The position numbers were made by a program, and so were the translations under genes. The notes under the pieces are model-generated. The model had not been told where the DNA came from. It saw nothing but the letters and a program-made list of their open reading frames with translations, and ran no database searches. 26,486 bases of DNA from a virus (Duplodnaviria > Caudoviricetes): positions 1 to 26,486 of IMG/VR virus record IMGVR_UViG_3300006033_000100; one strand, 5' to 3'. Of the stretch, positions 7,942-17,062 are shown one piece after another; the stretch's first letter is position 1; each line of letters opens with the position of its first letter.

Positions 7942-10062
7942 CTACCGCGCCCCGGCGTTGACCAGCATTGCGCGATACATGTCTAGCTTTTCCTGATCAG
8001 ACGGCGCGCGACCGTTCACCTTGAAGGCGCGGGTAATGTCAGCCAGAGCGCCCGCAGGTATCTGGTCTACGCGCGTCACGTCATAGGCTTTCATGGTTCC
8101 ACCGAAGAACCCAGCAGTAGGAATATCACGCACAGCGCCCTTAACAGCCGCATCAAATTCCGCAGGCGTTACAGCCCGGTTCTTCGCATAAAGGCCATCA
8201 GTGTAAGCCTTGGCCGCGTCAAAAACCTTAGGCCAATCCTTGTCGGATATATCGATGCCGCCGTATTTTTTCATCCAGTTGATAGCCGTAGTGATGCCGC
8301 CACGTGCATCATAATCCTTGGGCTTGTTCTGCTTGCCGATGATGTCGGCCTGTTCTAGCACGAACGACTTCAGTTCATCCGGCGCGACGTTGCCCACTTC
8401 CTTTGCCAGATCGACAGCAAGGAAGGCTTCAGGATTGGTGCGCTGCAAAATCTGCAATTCCAGCGAACGGTTTCCGTCCTTCGGGATAGCCGACTTCGCC
8501 ACCTTGTTCTTGGCCGCAGTCTCTGTCAGCCGCATCAGGTCGGTAGGGTCCATCTTGGCCCGCGTTGCAGCCGGTATCTGCGATATGTCGGTGAAGTTGT
8601 CGCCCATGCCGATCACGGCTTGAACAGCCTCATCGCCAGCAGCCTTGTATTGCCGCTGCAACAGTTGTTCATCGCGCGCAATCTGCTTGTCAGCCACGGC
8701 CTTGACGCGTTCACGCTTTTCCAGCGACCAACCCTCTTTGTCGGCAAGCCGGTCGATACGGTTAAAGGCGTCGTCCTTATCCCATGTGCGCGGGGTTTCC
8801 GTCGGCACCACACCGCCACCAGCAAGCCACTTGTCAGCCGTAGTCATGTGTTCACGCAGGATATTATCAACGTGGCTCGATACCGTGCCGTTGCCATCGC
8901 TGGCATTGTAGCGGCCCGGTTGCCCTGCGTTGATCGTGGAATAGAGGTCTTTCACCCCCATCCCCTTCTTGAACCCGCGATCAGACAGAAAATCCCCGAT
9001 GGCCTTTGACCACTTTTCCGGCGTGGAGTTCTTGTCGATGCCGTATTTCTTGCGCTCAGATGGCCCGAACTGGATCAGGCCCATGTATTGCCCGCCCTTG
9101 CCGCCCATGATCGTAGGCGAGAACGTGCCGCCTGTTTCGTAGGACATAACCGCCGCGACTTCGGTAGGCGTCAGGCCGAACCGGCCAGCAACGTCGGTCG
9201 CCACCTTTGTCCAGCCCATTCCTTCCTGAACAGCCGGAGCCTGCCCCGGTTCAGCATCGGCAAAGGCCCGCGTGAAGGCGGTGTAATCGGCACGGAACTG
9301 CAACGGCCCCTGCAAATCTTTCATGACCCGTTCGCGGTCTGCGCTGATCATTTCGTCCGAATGCGCGCCATAGTAGGCGGCGACCATTTCAACGTCAGGA
9401 TCAGGCACGGCAAGAAGGCGATCCACCGTGTTTGCATGGACGCCGGAAACGAACTTGCGTTGCTCCAAGGCAATCTCAGGTTCGCCCATGCCCTGCATTT
9501 GCCCAAGCTGCGCAATGGACGCCTTGCCCGCGTCGATAGCCTTCAGCCGTTCATCGCTCTTGTCAGGGTTGTTGATGGCAAGGTCGGCATAGCTTGCCGC
9601 CTCAGCCTGAAGCACGCCCTTGCGCTCTGCTTGCGCCTGCCTGACAGTATGACCGCCGACCGACTGCAAAGCCTCAGCATGGCCCGGATCATAGTATTGC
9701 TCGAACAGCATTCGCATCCGGGGATTGGTTACGCCATCAAGTGCTTCCTCGCGGATTTTCTGCAACCGGCCTTCAGTGTCTACACGCGCAGAAACTGCAT
9801 TCCCGCCCTGCAACAACGAAAACTCGGACGTCACCCCGGCAGCGGCCTGCCTTGCCTTCAATGCCTGCTTGCGCGCCTGCGTATCGTCAAACTCTGCGTT
9901 GATGCTGTCCTGCACGTTGGCGAACTGACCAATCGCCTGCCCGAGCCTTTGCCCAGCAGCCGCGATAATCTCACCGCCAGAAGGACCAGACGGCGCACGG
10001 AACCGCGCATCGACAGGAGCAACGCCTTGCGTGGCAGGATTATAGACCGGAGCGCGCGGCAT
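7942..10062 (-). CDS. Internal virion/ejection protein (gp15 position) with a lytic transglycosylase-like domain
   Basis: 706 aa. Central AAVMSYETGG...YMGLIQF...LYSTINAG matches lysozyme-like/SLT motifs (catalytic Glu, GLxQ). TAATG coupling to the upstream gene. Confidence 0.8.
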   Translation of the reverse strand: MPRAPVYNPATQGVAPVDARFRAPSGPSGGEIIAAAGQRLGQAIGQFANVQDSINAEFDDTQARKQALKARQAAAGVTSEFSLLQGGNAVSARVDTEGRLQKIREEALDGVTNPRMRMLFEQYYDPGHAEALQSVGGHTVRQAQAERKGVLQAEAASYADLAINNPDKSDERLKAIDAGKASIAQLGQMQGMGEPEIALEQRKFVSGVHANTVDRLLAVPDPDVEMVAAYYGAHSDEMISADRERVMKDLQGPLQFRADYTAFTRAFADAEPGQAPAVQEGMGWTKVATDVAGRFGLTPTEVAAVMSYETGGTFSPTIMGGKGGQYMGLIQFGPSERKKYGIDKNSTPEKWSKAIGDFLSDRGFKKGMGVKDLYSTINAGQPGRYNASDGNGTVSSHVDNILREHMTTADKWLAGGGVVPTETPRTWDKDDAFNRIDRLADKEGWSLEKRERVKAVADKQIARDEQLLQRQYKAAGDEAVQAVIGMGDNFTDISQIPAATRAKMDPTDLMRLTETAAKNKVAKSAIPKDGNRSLELQILQRTNPEAFLAVDLAKEVGNVAPDELKSFVLEQADIIGKQNKPKDYDARGGITTAINWMKKYGGIDISDKDWPKVFDAAKAYTDGLYAKNRAVTPAEFDAAVKGAVRDIPTAGFFGGTMKAYDVTRVDQIPAGALADITRAFKVNGRAPSDQEKLDMYRAMLVNAGAR

Positions 10063-10565
10063 TAGCGGCCCTGCCCTGCTTTGAGTTTGCTATACTGTGT
10101 TGCGCCGCCCATCACCGTAGAACCGAAGTCAGCCACACCCCCAACAATCGCCCCCGTCTTTTGCGACCGCGCCATATTGGCCTCAGCGCCATAGTTCGAT
10201 GCAGCGATATCCCGCGACTTCACCGCATTGTTCCCGGCCTTGTAAATCCGGCCCACATCCTCGCGGCCCAGCATGTCGGTATCAGCCACCACATCAGCCG
10301 CCGTGCCGAAGTCCAAGCCCACGCCATTTGCCGCAGCCGCTACGCGCTGTTGCCCCTTCACGCGGGCAATCTCTCGGTATCGAGTAAGCGCTTGTTCGCG
10401 CGTGTTTTGCATTTCATCTTGCGCGGCATTGCGTTCCATAGCCGCGTTGCGTTCAGCAAGTCCGCGTTTGAGGTTCGCAGACTGCACCGCCATTACAGTG
10501 CCAGTGACGGACGAGGCGGCAGCAGTTGCAGTGGCAACGAGCGTCAGGGTCGCCGGATCGCACAT
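10062..10565 (-). CDS. Internal virion protein, T7 gp14-like
   Basis: MCDP start, Ala/Gly-rich hydrophobic N-terminus, GQQRVAAAANGVGLDFGTAADV motif, synteny. Confidence 0.8.
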   Translation of the reverse strand: MCDPATLTLVATATAAASSVTGTVMAVQSANLKRGLAERNAAMERNAAQDEMQNTREQALTRYREIARVKGQQRVAAAANGVGLDFGTAADVVADTDMLGREDVGRIYKAGNNAVKSRDIAASNYGAEANMARSQKTGAIVGGVADFGSTVMGGATQYSKLKAGQGR

Positions 10566-11023
10566 TACGCAGCCACCTTTTCAAAATAGCGGAATGCCGT
10601 GCCGTTCACGTCGATTTCCTTGTCGTCCACCGTGAAGCCCCAGCGCTGCAACAAGCGGATTGCCTGCCCATTGTGCGCAGACACTAGGTTCGAGAGCCGC
10701 TGGCGTGAATCGCCCATGCGCGACAACATGCCTGGCCCCCAACTCAGCAGCGCTTTGCCGTGCCGGTAGACTTCATCTGTGCCAAGGAACCACGGCACCG
10801 CGTCCCCGGTCATGGCATTCTGTTCCACCACGCCGAACATGGCATGAGGCTCACCGTCTACCAGTGCAGTCCAAGCCTTGGACGACGACAGAAGCCCGTA
10901 ACGAAGCGCCTGTTTCGGAGTGCGTCCAAAGGCCTCGACTTCCAACCGATCGATTGCCCGCAGCCGCCGCGCCAGAAAGTTCACATGGCGAAAGGCAGCC
11001 GGGACAATGCGGATTTTATCCAT
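10565..11023 (-). CDS. T7 gp13-like, GNAT-fold virion assembly protein
   Basis: LRAIDRLEV...AMFGV...PWFLGT...LSNLVSAHNGQAIRLLQRWGF. Start placed at ATG 11023, overlapping the nozzle stop (the track starts at 11038). Confidence 0.75.
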   Translation of the reverse strand: MDKIRIVPAAFRHVNFLARRLRAIDRLEVEAFGRTPKQALRYGLLSSSKAWTALVDGEPHAMFGVVEQNAMTGDAVPWFLGTDEVYRHGKALLSWGPGMLSRMGDSRQRLSNLVSAHNGQAIRLLQRWGFTVDDKEIDVNGTAFRYFEKVAA

Positions 11024-12827
11024 TGATGACGGGATCAAATGCCACCCCGAGCAGCGTGAACGGCAGTGGATCAGTCTGGCGGATCAGGACGTTGACGTTA
11101 TCTTGCGCCTTGTTCGCCATGTTGACCGTCACTTCGCCATTGATCAGGTTATCCCCAGCACCATAGGCTTCACCCGTGCGGCTCTTGAGCAGGAACAGAT
11201 TGGCCTCATTGATCCCAGCGAACACACTACGGCTTTCAGCCAGCGTCAGCACAACCTCACCAAGGCCTTGCGACCGCCCGATATTGGAACCGACGCCCTG
11301 CATATTCGTGCGATATGGCAGCGTCTCGACAGTGACCGTGTAGGGAATGCCGAACGTCACGCGCGACACCACGCCGAAATCAACCGGCAGCGTGACCGTG
11401 CCATTATCCACAGTCAGGTTCTTGATAACCTGCCCATCGCAGACCCCCACAACATCGGTGCGTCCTTCCAGATGCCATAGCCCGGTGAAAGTATTGCGCG
11501 GTTCCTCGAAAGTTGCCGAAACAGAGCAATCCATAAACGCCGCATCATCCACCGTATCCCAACGATGCGATGCCATGCGTTCGACAAACTGCCTTGCCTC
11601 ACCGTTTACCGTGCGCTCCACGATCATATAGAGCCGATCCTCACCGTTTTCCGTGATGCAGCACAGCGACTTTACCAGCCCGTCCGTTTCACACAGCGTC
11701 CAGCCCCATACGTTTTGCTCTTGCTCCCACGTGAAACACAACAGCTTTCCGTCCGAACGCGCGCCCCATATAACCGAGCGCGGCTCTTGTGCGTAAGCCC
11801 ATGCCACTATCCCCATTCCTTCAAACAGGTGCGGCGAGAAGATGGAAACGTCGTTCGACTTCAACCCGTCAATCGAGAAGTCGAAGCCAAGCGTCCTGAC
11901 TGATTGCCCGATGGAAGGTGAATAGAACACCACACTATCAACCACCAGAGGTGGCAGGCGCGACGATCCACGCCCGACTTGCCTACGGGTAGCCGGTGGC
12001 GTTGTCGCGTCCAGAACGCCGCCTGAGCCGTCCCCATCGATATTGAACACGCTGTCACTGGTCAGAGCGATCAGAGAGGTTGTCGTCACCAGTTGATTGA
12101 CCGAGTTCACCCGGCCCGCGATGATCGTGAAGGCTATGCTATCATCCGCCCGCAATGGCCGCGACCGATCCATGTTTTCAAGCTGGCCAGACCGAGTGCC
12201 CCAAACGCCATTGGGGGTGTTCTGCGTCCTCGCCCACATCGCGCGTTGCTCAAACAGCGTGATTGTCGAAGGATAATCCCCGGCAGCAGGAAACGGATTG
12301 TAGGCTTGTGGTGGAGCCTTATCCAAAGCAGGGCCGATGTTGTCATCCCGGAACGTCAGCCCGTCGGTCGTCCCGATGTAGCCGAAGAATTGCGAGTTCT
12401 CTGCCTTGTAGATGTTGTAGCGCGTTGCCCCGGTCACAGCGCTCCATGTGATCGTGTTGTAGTTCCGCTTCAACGTCAGATCGTTGTTTGCGCCATCCTC
12501 GTTTGAGGCACGACTTTCCTCACCGGTATCGTCATTGACCGCCGTGACGCAGTAGGTGGCAGGCTGTGAAAAATAGTTCACACCATCGTTGTCGTCATCG
12601 GTGTTCGGCACGGTCGCGGTGACAGAGCAATCTGTAGGCGCGGCTATCGCAGGCCCGAACGTGACTGTTTGGAATTCCCAATCGGTATGCGCCTGCCTCA
12701 CCAGTTTTGAAGGCACATGATCGATGTGAGCCAGATACATGGTGTCAGCCGTCTGCTCGAAATCGAGTTCAGCCAGTTCCACACCGTTGTAGGCGCTGCC
12801 CACCTTGTAGACACGTGACCCACCCAT
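11016..12827 (-). CDS. Tail tubular protein B/nozzle (T7 gp12-like), C-terminal part
   Basis: 603 aa, beta-rich: FEQTADTMYLAH, DYPSTITLFEQR, WAYAQEPRSVIW, EQNVWGW, RQFVERM, IRQTDPLPFTLLGV. It lacks the family N-terminus, which is in the upstream ORF. Confidence 0.85.
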   Translation of the reverse strand: MGGSRVYKVGSAYNGVELAELDFEQTADTMYLAHIDHVPSKLVRQAHTDWEFQTVTFGPAIAAPTDCSVTATVPNTDDDNDGVNYFSQPATYCVTAVNDDTGEESRASNEDGANNDLTLKRNYNTITWSAVTGATRYNIYKAENSQFFGYIGTTDGLTFRDDNIGPALDKAPPQAYNPFPAAGDYPSTITLFEQRAMWARTQNTPNGVWGTRSGQLENMDRSRPLRADDSIAFTIIAGRVNSVNQLVTTTSLIALTSDSVFNIDGDGSGGVLDATTPPATRRQVGRGSSRLPPLVVDSVVFYSPSIGQSVRTLGFDFSIDGLKSNDVSIFSPHLFEGMGIVAWAYAQEPRSVIWGARSDGKLLCFTWEQEQNVWGWTLCETDGLVKSLCCITENGEDRLYMIVERTVNGEARQFVERMASHRWDTVDDAAFMDCSVSATFEEPRNTFTGLWHLEGRTDVVGVCDGQVIKNLTVDNGTVTLPVDFGVVSRVTFGIPYTVTVETLPYRTNMQGVGSNIGRSQGLGEVVLTLAESRSVFAGINEANLFLLKSRTGEAYGAGDNLINGEVTVNMANKAQDNVNVLIRQTDPLPFTLLGVAFDPVING

Positions 12828-13480
12828 TACGGCACATTCCTGTCAAACCCGCCGAACGATCCACCGCCGCCGAAGAAGTAATCAGGTGGCGGAGGAGGGG
12901 CGACAGGATCAGGCACTACCGGCGGCGTCGGGACCGTTGGCGCTGCAACCCGCGTAATGCCGCCCTCGCAAGACGTGAACGCAGCCACGTCGGTAGTATC
13001 AGCGTCAATCGTGAAGTTGTCCGCATCGACCACAGAAAGCACCGGCCACGCCCTGCCATTGAGCAGCACGCCCATTTCACCAGCCACCCCGGCGATATAG
13101 AACAGATCGCCCACGGCCAAAGCGTGATAGGCCACCGTCACTTGAGCAGCGGCAGCATTCGTAATCGCCGTGATGGCAAGCTCTTCTTCAAGCAGCCGAC
13201 CACCGAACGCACAGGGCGACATATACCCTTGCCCCATTTCCAGAGCGTAAGTCTGCGTGAGCGAGAATTGGAACGGCACCAGTCTGGTAGGCTCAGACGG
13301 GTTGATAACCTCAGCCACAAGTTGCGTGCCTGGGCGCTTGGTCAGCCCGCCATATTTAAGGATAATGACGTTGCGCGCCTGCTTGACGCCAGCGGCATAC
13401 ATATCCGCATCGAACCGGCCATAAAGATCAGGAGCCAGTTCGCCGCGGCTGAAATTAGGCTGCGCAGTGCGGAAACTCAC
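12827..13480 (-). CDS. Tail tubular protein B/nozzle, N-terminal part with an FCCH-like beta insert and a Pro/Gly-rich tail
   Basis: QPNFSRGELAPDLYGRFD...GGLTKRPGT...RLVPFQFSLTQTYALEMGQGY is the typical nozzle N-terminus. It is followed by the insert ITAITNA...GDLFYIAGVAG...LNGR...DNFTI. Confidence 0.8.
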   Translation of the reverse strand: MSFRTAQPNFSRGELAPDLYGRFDADMYAAGVKQARNVIILKYGGLTKRPGTQLVAEVINPSEPTRLVPFQFSLTQTYALEMGQGYMSPCAFGGRLLEEELAITAITNAAAAQVTVAYHALAVGDLFYIAGVAGEMGVLLNGRAWPVLSVVDADNFTIDADTTDVAAFTSCEGGITRVAAPTVPTPPVVPDPVAPPPPPDYFFGGGGSFGGFDRNVP

Positions 13481-14121
13481 GGCACATAATTCCCGATACC
13501 GGCCCGCGCATATTCCGCTTGTGACACATAGCGGCGCTCATATGATTGACGCTTGTTTTCCTCATCGGCAATCGCCCGTTGACGCGCGACTTCAGCCTGC
13601 TGCGACAGGTATTGCGCGACCTTGGCGTCCTTCTTGATTGGTAGTGCGATCCGCGCACCGAGTTCCAATTCAAAGGCGCGCTGCACCGACGCAGGAAGGT
13701 CCGCAGCCGTGATATTCTTGCGCGTATAAACCAGCGTTGCCGTGGCAACATTGGTGTAGATGCGCCCGCCTTCAATCAGGAAGGCAAGAGGGTAACTGTC
13801 CTGCAACGGAAAAGCATAAGGCCCAAACGCCGGAAGGTAGTCAGCGTCATCCTCTGGCTCACGAACAGCCAGCGGTTGCGCCATGTCAGAGGGAACAGCA
13901 TAAGCATGGAGCCATTCGGCAGGCCGGTCATTCGTGACGACCGCCAGCACTTCGCGCTTGTTGAGCCAGTGCCACTCTGTCCAGTCGGCCAGTTCATCGA
14001 GAAGCGGTTGAGCGAACCGCAGCACTTCGCGCGCCTCAAGCGATCCTTCATCAAAATCAGCAATGGCACCGGCAGCAATTTGCGCCAGTGCCCGGTTGCA
14101 GAGTTCAAGCAGGGTGGCCAT
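13477..14121 (-). CDS. Tail tubular protein A/head-tail adaptor (T7 gp11-like)
   Basis: LCNRALAQI...EGSLEA...WHW...WLHAYAVPSD pattern; 214 aa; directly precedes the nozzle. Confidence 0.8.
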   Translation of the reverse strand: MATLLELCNRALAQIAAGAIADFDEGSLEAREVLRFAQPLLDELADWTEWHWLNKREVLAVVTNDRPAEWLHAYAVPSDMAQPLAVREPEDDADYLPAFGPYAFPLQDSYPLAFLIEGGRIYTNVATATLVYTRKNITAADLPASVQRAFELELGARIALPIKKDAKVAQYLSQQAEVARQRAIADEENKRQSYERRYVSQAEYARAGIGNYVP

Positions 14122-14423
14122 CAGGCGACGGTTCGCGCCGTGATCTTGACCACCTGCCCGGTTGTCACAAAAGTCCGCAAGGGCATTTGCACGTTGGCCG
14201 GGAGATAGAACCCGTTGGTTGCGGTAGCGGGTTTGGTTTCCCCAGCGCGGCTGATCGTGACGTAATGGGCAGCGTCAGAGAACAGGAGGCACATATCACT
14301 GGTCTCAGGCACATTACCCGAAGATACCGAGACGCTGGACGTTGTGACTGTCTCGGTGGAAATCGGAAAGCCCGCCACACCAAGGTCAATGTTGTCGAAG
14401 TAGGAAATGTAAAGCGTGGCCAT
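14121..14423 (-). CDS. Hypothetical beta-rich virion protein
   Basis: 100 aa, Thr/Ser/Val-rich. AGGGG SD upstream, TGATG coupling to the adaptor gene, preceded by the promoter motif. Confidence 0.65.
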   Translation of the reverse strand: MATLYISYFDNIDLGVAGFPISTETVTTSSVSVSSGNVPETSDMCLLFSDAAHYVTISRAGETKPATATNGFYLPANVQMPLRTFVTTGQVVKITARTVA

Positions 14424-14443
14424 ATCAAACCCCTTTTGCGCGG

Positions 14444-14475
14444 GGATAAGGCCAGCACGGCAGGGGTTGAATCGC
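14444..14475 (-). promoter_or_regulatory. Putative late promoter, copy upstream of the tail block (GCGATTCAA-N16-CTTATCC)
   Basis: Same bipartite motif and spacing; intergenic gap 14424-14476. Confidence 0.65.
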
Positions 14476-14476
14476 C

Positions 14477-14695
14477 CTAAGGCTCCAAGGCCGTTATGCG
14501 GGTTTCATGGTCTGCCACAGCAGCCTGCAACGCCGTCACAGCCGATTGCAGCGACGACACCAGCAATGACAGCGCCGCAATGTCATCGGTATTGCCAGCC
14601 ACTTCCACACCATTCGCAGCCACAGTAGGGCCGGGGATGATCTGCCCGCGCGTTTGCGGAAGGCCAGTGAAGTTGAGGTTCTTGCCTTGGAACAT
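14477..14695 (-). CDS. Small protein with a C-terminal coiled coil (possible head or neck fibre)
   Basis: 72 aa with heptad pattern IAALSLLVSSLQSAVTALQAAVADHETRITALE. Confidence 0.6.
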   Translation of the reverse strand: MFQGKNLNFTGLPQTRGQIIPGPTVAANGVEVAGNTDDIAALSLLVSSLQSAVTALQAAVADHETRITALEP

Positions 14696-14699
14696 GGTG

Positions 14700-14724
14700 A
14701 AGGGGCCGAGGTTTCCCCCGGCCC
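14700..14724 (-). terminator. GC-rich hairpin after the capsid block (weak terminator, attenuator or mRNA stabiliser)
   Basis: Minus strand GGGCCGGGG-GAAA-CCTCGGCCC forms a 9-bp stem with one G-U pair and a GNRA loop. It is followed by only CTT. Confidence 0.55.
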
Positions 14725-14730
14725 ATCCTT

Positions 14731-14925
14731 TTATTCGGCAGTCTGGCGGGGCTTACTCCCGCCGCGCTTGCCATTGGCATCATGGTCCAGCGGATCGACA
14801 GGGTTGCCCTTGGCGTCCAGTTCTTCCCAAGTCTTGCCCTTGGGAGCGTCGGTCGTGAAAACCTCACCGGCTTCGATGAAGTTTTCGTCCACATAGACCG
14901 CCTCAGTGGCGCGATAGGTAGCCAT
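14731..14925 (-). CDS. Small hypothetical protein of the capsid block
   Basis: MATYRATEAVYVDENFIEAGEVF...PKGKTWEEL; TGATG coupling to the cement gene. Confidence 0.7.
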   Translation of the reverse strand: MATYRATEAVYVDENFIEAGEVFTTDAPKGKTWEELDAKGNPVDPLDHDANGKRGGSKPRQTAE

Positions 14926-15365
14926 CACGCACCGCCAATCGTCTTGTTGGTCTGACGCGCCATGACGACGCCAGCGGTGATCTTGCCGGTGGTCGGCGCG
15001 GTCCCGGTGATGTCGTAGTTCAGGCGAACATAGCGCGCCTTGGTGCCCTGCGGAAATTCATAGGGCACATCGAACTGGAAACCAGCCACCAGAGAAGCCA
15101 GCGCCACCGTGGCACCGCTCTGGATCGTGGTCCAAGTCGAATTGTCAGGCGAGGTCTGCACCTGCACGACGATATTGGTCAGGTTGTTGAACGTCTCGGT
15201 GACGCGAACCGACAGAGGCACGCCATAGCCAATGCCGATATCGCGGGTCAGGGCCGAGCCGCCGTAAGGGGTGCCGGTTGCGCCAAGATCGAACACGTTG
15301 GTCGAAGCCGCATCGGCGGTGATTGCCTGCCCGTCGGAGAGCAAAAGCGAGTTGTCGAAAATCAT
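14925..15365 (-). CDS. Capsid cement protein, Bbp16-like
   Basis: MIFDNSLLLSDGQAITADAASTNVFDLG...RYVRLNYDITGTAPTTGKITAGVV. AGGAG SD; follows the major capsid gene. Confidence 0.85.
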   Translation of the reverse strand: MIFDNSLLLSDGQAITADAASTNVFDLGATGTPYGGSALTRDIGIGYGVPLSVRVTETFNNLTNIVVQVQTSPDNSTWTTIQSGATVALASLVAGFQFDVPYEFPQGTKARYVRLNYDITGTAPTTGKITAGVVMARQTNKTIGGA

Positions 15366-15377
15366 CGGTCGATCTCC

Positions 15378-16397
15378 TTACGAAACAGCGGTTTCGGTGC
15401 TGAGAAGCGCATCGGTTTCGCGAATGGGAATGCCGCGCCACGTCAGAACTTCTTCGCCCTGAATTTCCATCGGACGCAGGCGAACGAAGTTGTCGGTCGA
15501 GCCGCCGCGTCCGTTGGTCTGTTCCGCATCCAGCGCTTCCATCAGCGTGCGGTTCATGTAGATGACAGTCCGACCCGGCGACATTTCACCCGGCTTTTCC
15601 ATCTTGTATGAACGGCGACCCTGCATCTTGTAGTAGGCCTTGCGCATCAGCGGATTGAGCGCGGTCGAACCGGCGATCAGGTCCGAAACGTCAATGTTTG
15701 CGATGCGCGCGTTGTAGCGCCAATCCTTGACGGTCACGCCCATGTGCTGCGTGAACAGTTCTTCCTTCACGTAGTATGGCTTGTTGTCGCCATCGAGAAC
15801 GCGCTGTTCACCCTTGTCTTCACGCTGGACACCGGCAGGGATGTTTTCAGGCACCAGAGCCGAGGTCTGACCGTCGCCATGCGTAATCATCCAGATCGAA
15901 GCATTGTCCGAACCGGAACCGCCGCCGCTGATGACGTTGGGATTGGACAGCGAGTTGTAACGCGGCGCAAGGCCGTGGAACTGCTTGCCGTTGATCAGCA
16001 CGTTCGAGTAGAAGATTGCGCTTTCCATCGTCTGCGCAAACTGTTCCAGAAAGCCATTGGCTTCCATGAGGCGCAGCTTTGCAGCCTGATCAGGCTTGAG
16101 CGCCAGCAGGCGGGTATCAACACCTGACAGGCCTTCAAGGAAGCCAGTGGTATCTTCAACCTGCGTGTAGGTGCCCTTGCTCTGCGTGATGCCCTGATAG
16201 AGCGCGCCCCACGAAACCGACGGCAGGCCGGTGCGGATCGAGGAGGCATGCTTTGCACCCTTGTTGCAGGTCAGGACGTTAGCGTCCTTCATGAACGGAG
16301 TGAGCTGGGTCAGGGCTTCGACAACATCGCCGATCCCGTCACCGCCCGCCTTCATGACGTCGATCAAATTCCAGTAGGTGGTGCCAAGAACGGCCAT
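15378..16397 (-). CDS. Major capsid protein (BPP-1 Bbp17-like, HK97 fold)
   Basis: 339 aa: IRTGLPSVSW, FHGLAPRY, VKDWRYNARIANIDVSDL, WRGIPIRETDALLSTE; AGGGG SD. Confidence 0.92.
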   Translation of the reverse strand: MAVLGTTYWNLIDVMKAGGDGIGDVVEALTQLTPFMKDANVLTCNKGAKHASSIRTGLPSVSWGALYQGITQSKGTYTQVEDTTGFLEGLSGVDTRLLALKPDQAAKLRLMEANGFLEQFAQTMESAIFYSNVLINGKQFHGLAPRYNSLSNPNVISGGGSGSDNASIWMITHGDGQTSALVPENIPAGVQREDKGEQRVLDGDNKPYYVKEELFTQHMGVTVKDWRYNARIANIDVSDLIAGSTALNPLMRKAYYKMQGRRSYKMEKPGEMSPGRTVIYMNRTLMEALDAEQTNGRGGSTDNFVRLRPMEIQGEEVLTWRGIPIRETDALLSTETAVS

Positions 16398-16408
16398 AAT
16401 TACCCCCT

Positions 16409-17062
16409 TTAGTCGTTGGGATAGAGACGCTTTTCAGGCGTCACTTGCGAAGAACTTCCTGCACCGGAGCGCACGAAGTCACCGTCCTCGCCAACCAGTT
16501 CCCCGAGACGCCGCGCCATGCGGATCATATCGGGATGATTGCCAAGTCCGGATTCGGTGAGAAGCTGGCGGAAGGGATGGCCCTCGACATAACCGAGAGA
16601 ATCCATTGCCTTGCCAGCCAGATGCACGGTCTGTTCACGGTTCGCGCCGCCGATGGCAGGATCAGCGTTGAACGCATCCAGCCATTCCTTGCGTTGCGCC
16701 GCCATCAGGTCGGTCATCTGCGAAGTCTGCGCAGACACCGCCTTGTCCATGATCTGCTTGGCCACCGGCAGCAGCGCGTTGGCTTGCTCGTTCGACAGGC
16801 CGAGTTCACGGAACACCGGATCAGCAGCCGTCAGAAGTTCCGCATCGACTTCCAGCCCTTCAAGAGCCAGTTCATACTTTTCGGGAACTACGGAGGCGGG
16901 CTGTTCTTCGGTCTGGACTTCCGTTGCCGGGGCCTCGGCTTCCGGTGCAATCCCGCCAAGGACGGTTTCCTCAGCAGCAACATCAGGCGTCACTGTCTCC
17001 GTCGTCACTTCCGGCAATGTCGTTGTATCGGTCGGTGTCTCGATTACGGTTTCGTCTGCCAT
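16409..17062 (-). CDS. Capsid scaffolding protein
   Basis: Acidic Thr/Glu/Pro-rich N-terminus, PEKYEL, LGLSNEQAN, GLGNHPDMIR, C-terminal LYP. AGGAGG SD; lies between portal and capsid genes. Confidence 0.8.
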   Translation of the reverse strand: MADETVIETPTDTTTLPEVTTETVTPDVAAEETVLGGIAPEAEAPATEVQTEEQPASVVPEKYELALEGLEVDAELLTAADPVFRELGLSNEQANALLPVAKQIMDKAVSAQTSQMTDLMAAQRKEWLDAFNADPAIGGANREQTVHLAGKAMDSLGYVEGHPFRQLLTESGLGNHPDMIRMARRLGELVGEDGDFVRSGAGSSSQVTPEKRLYPND

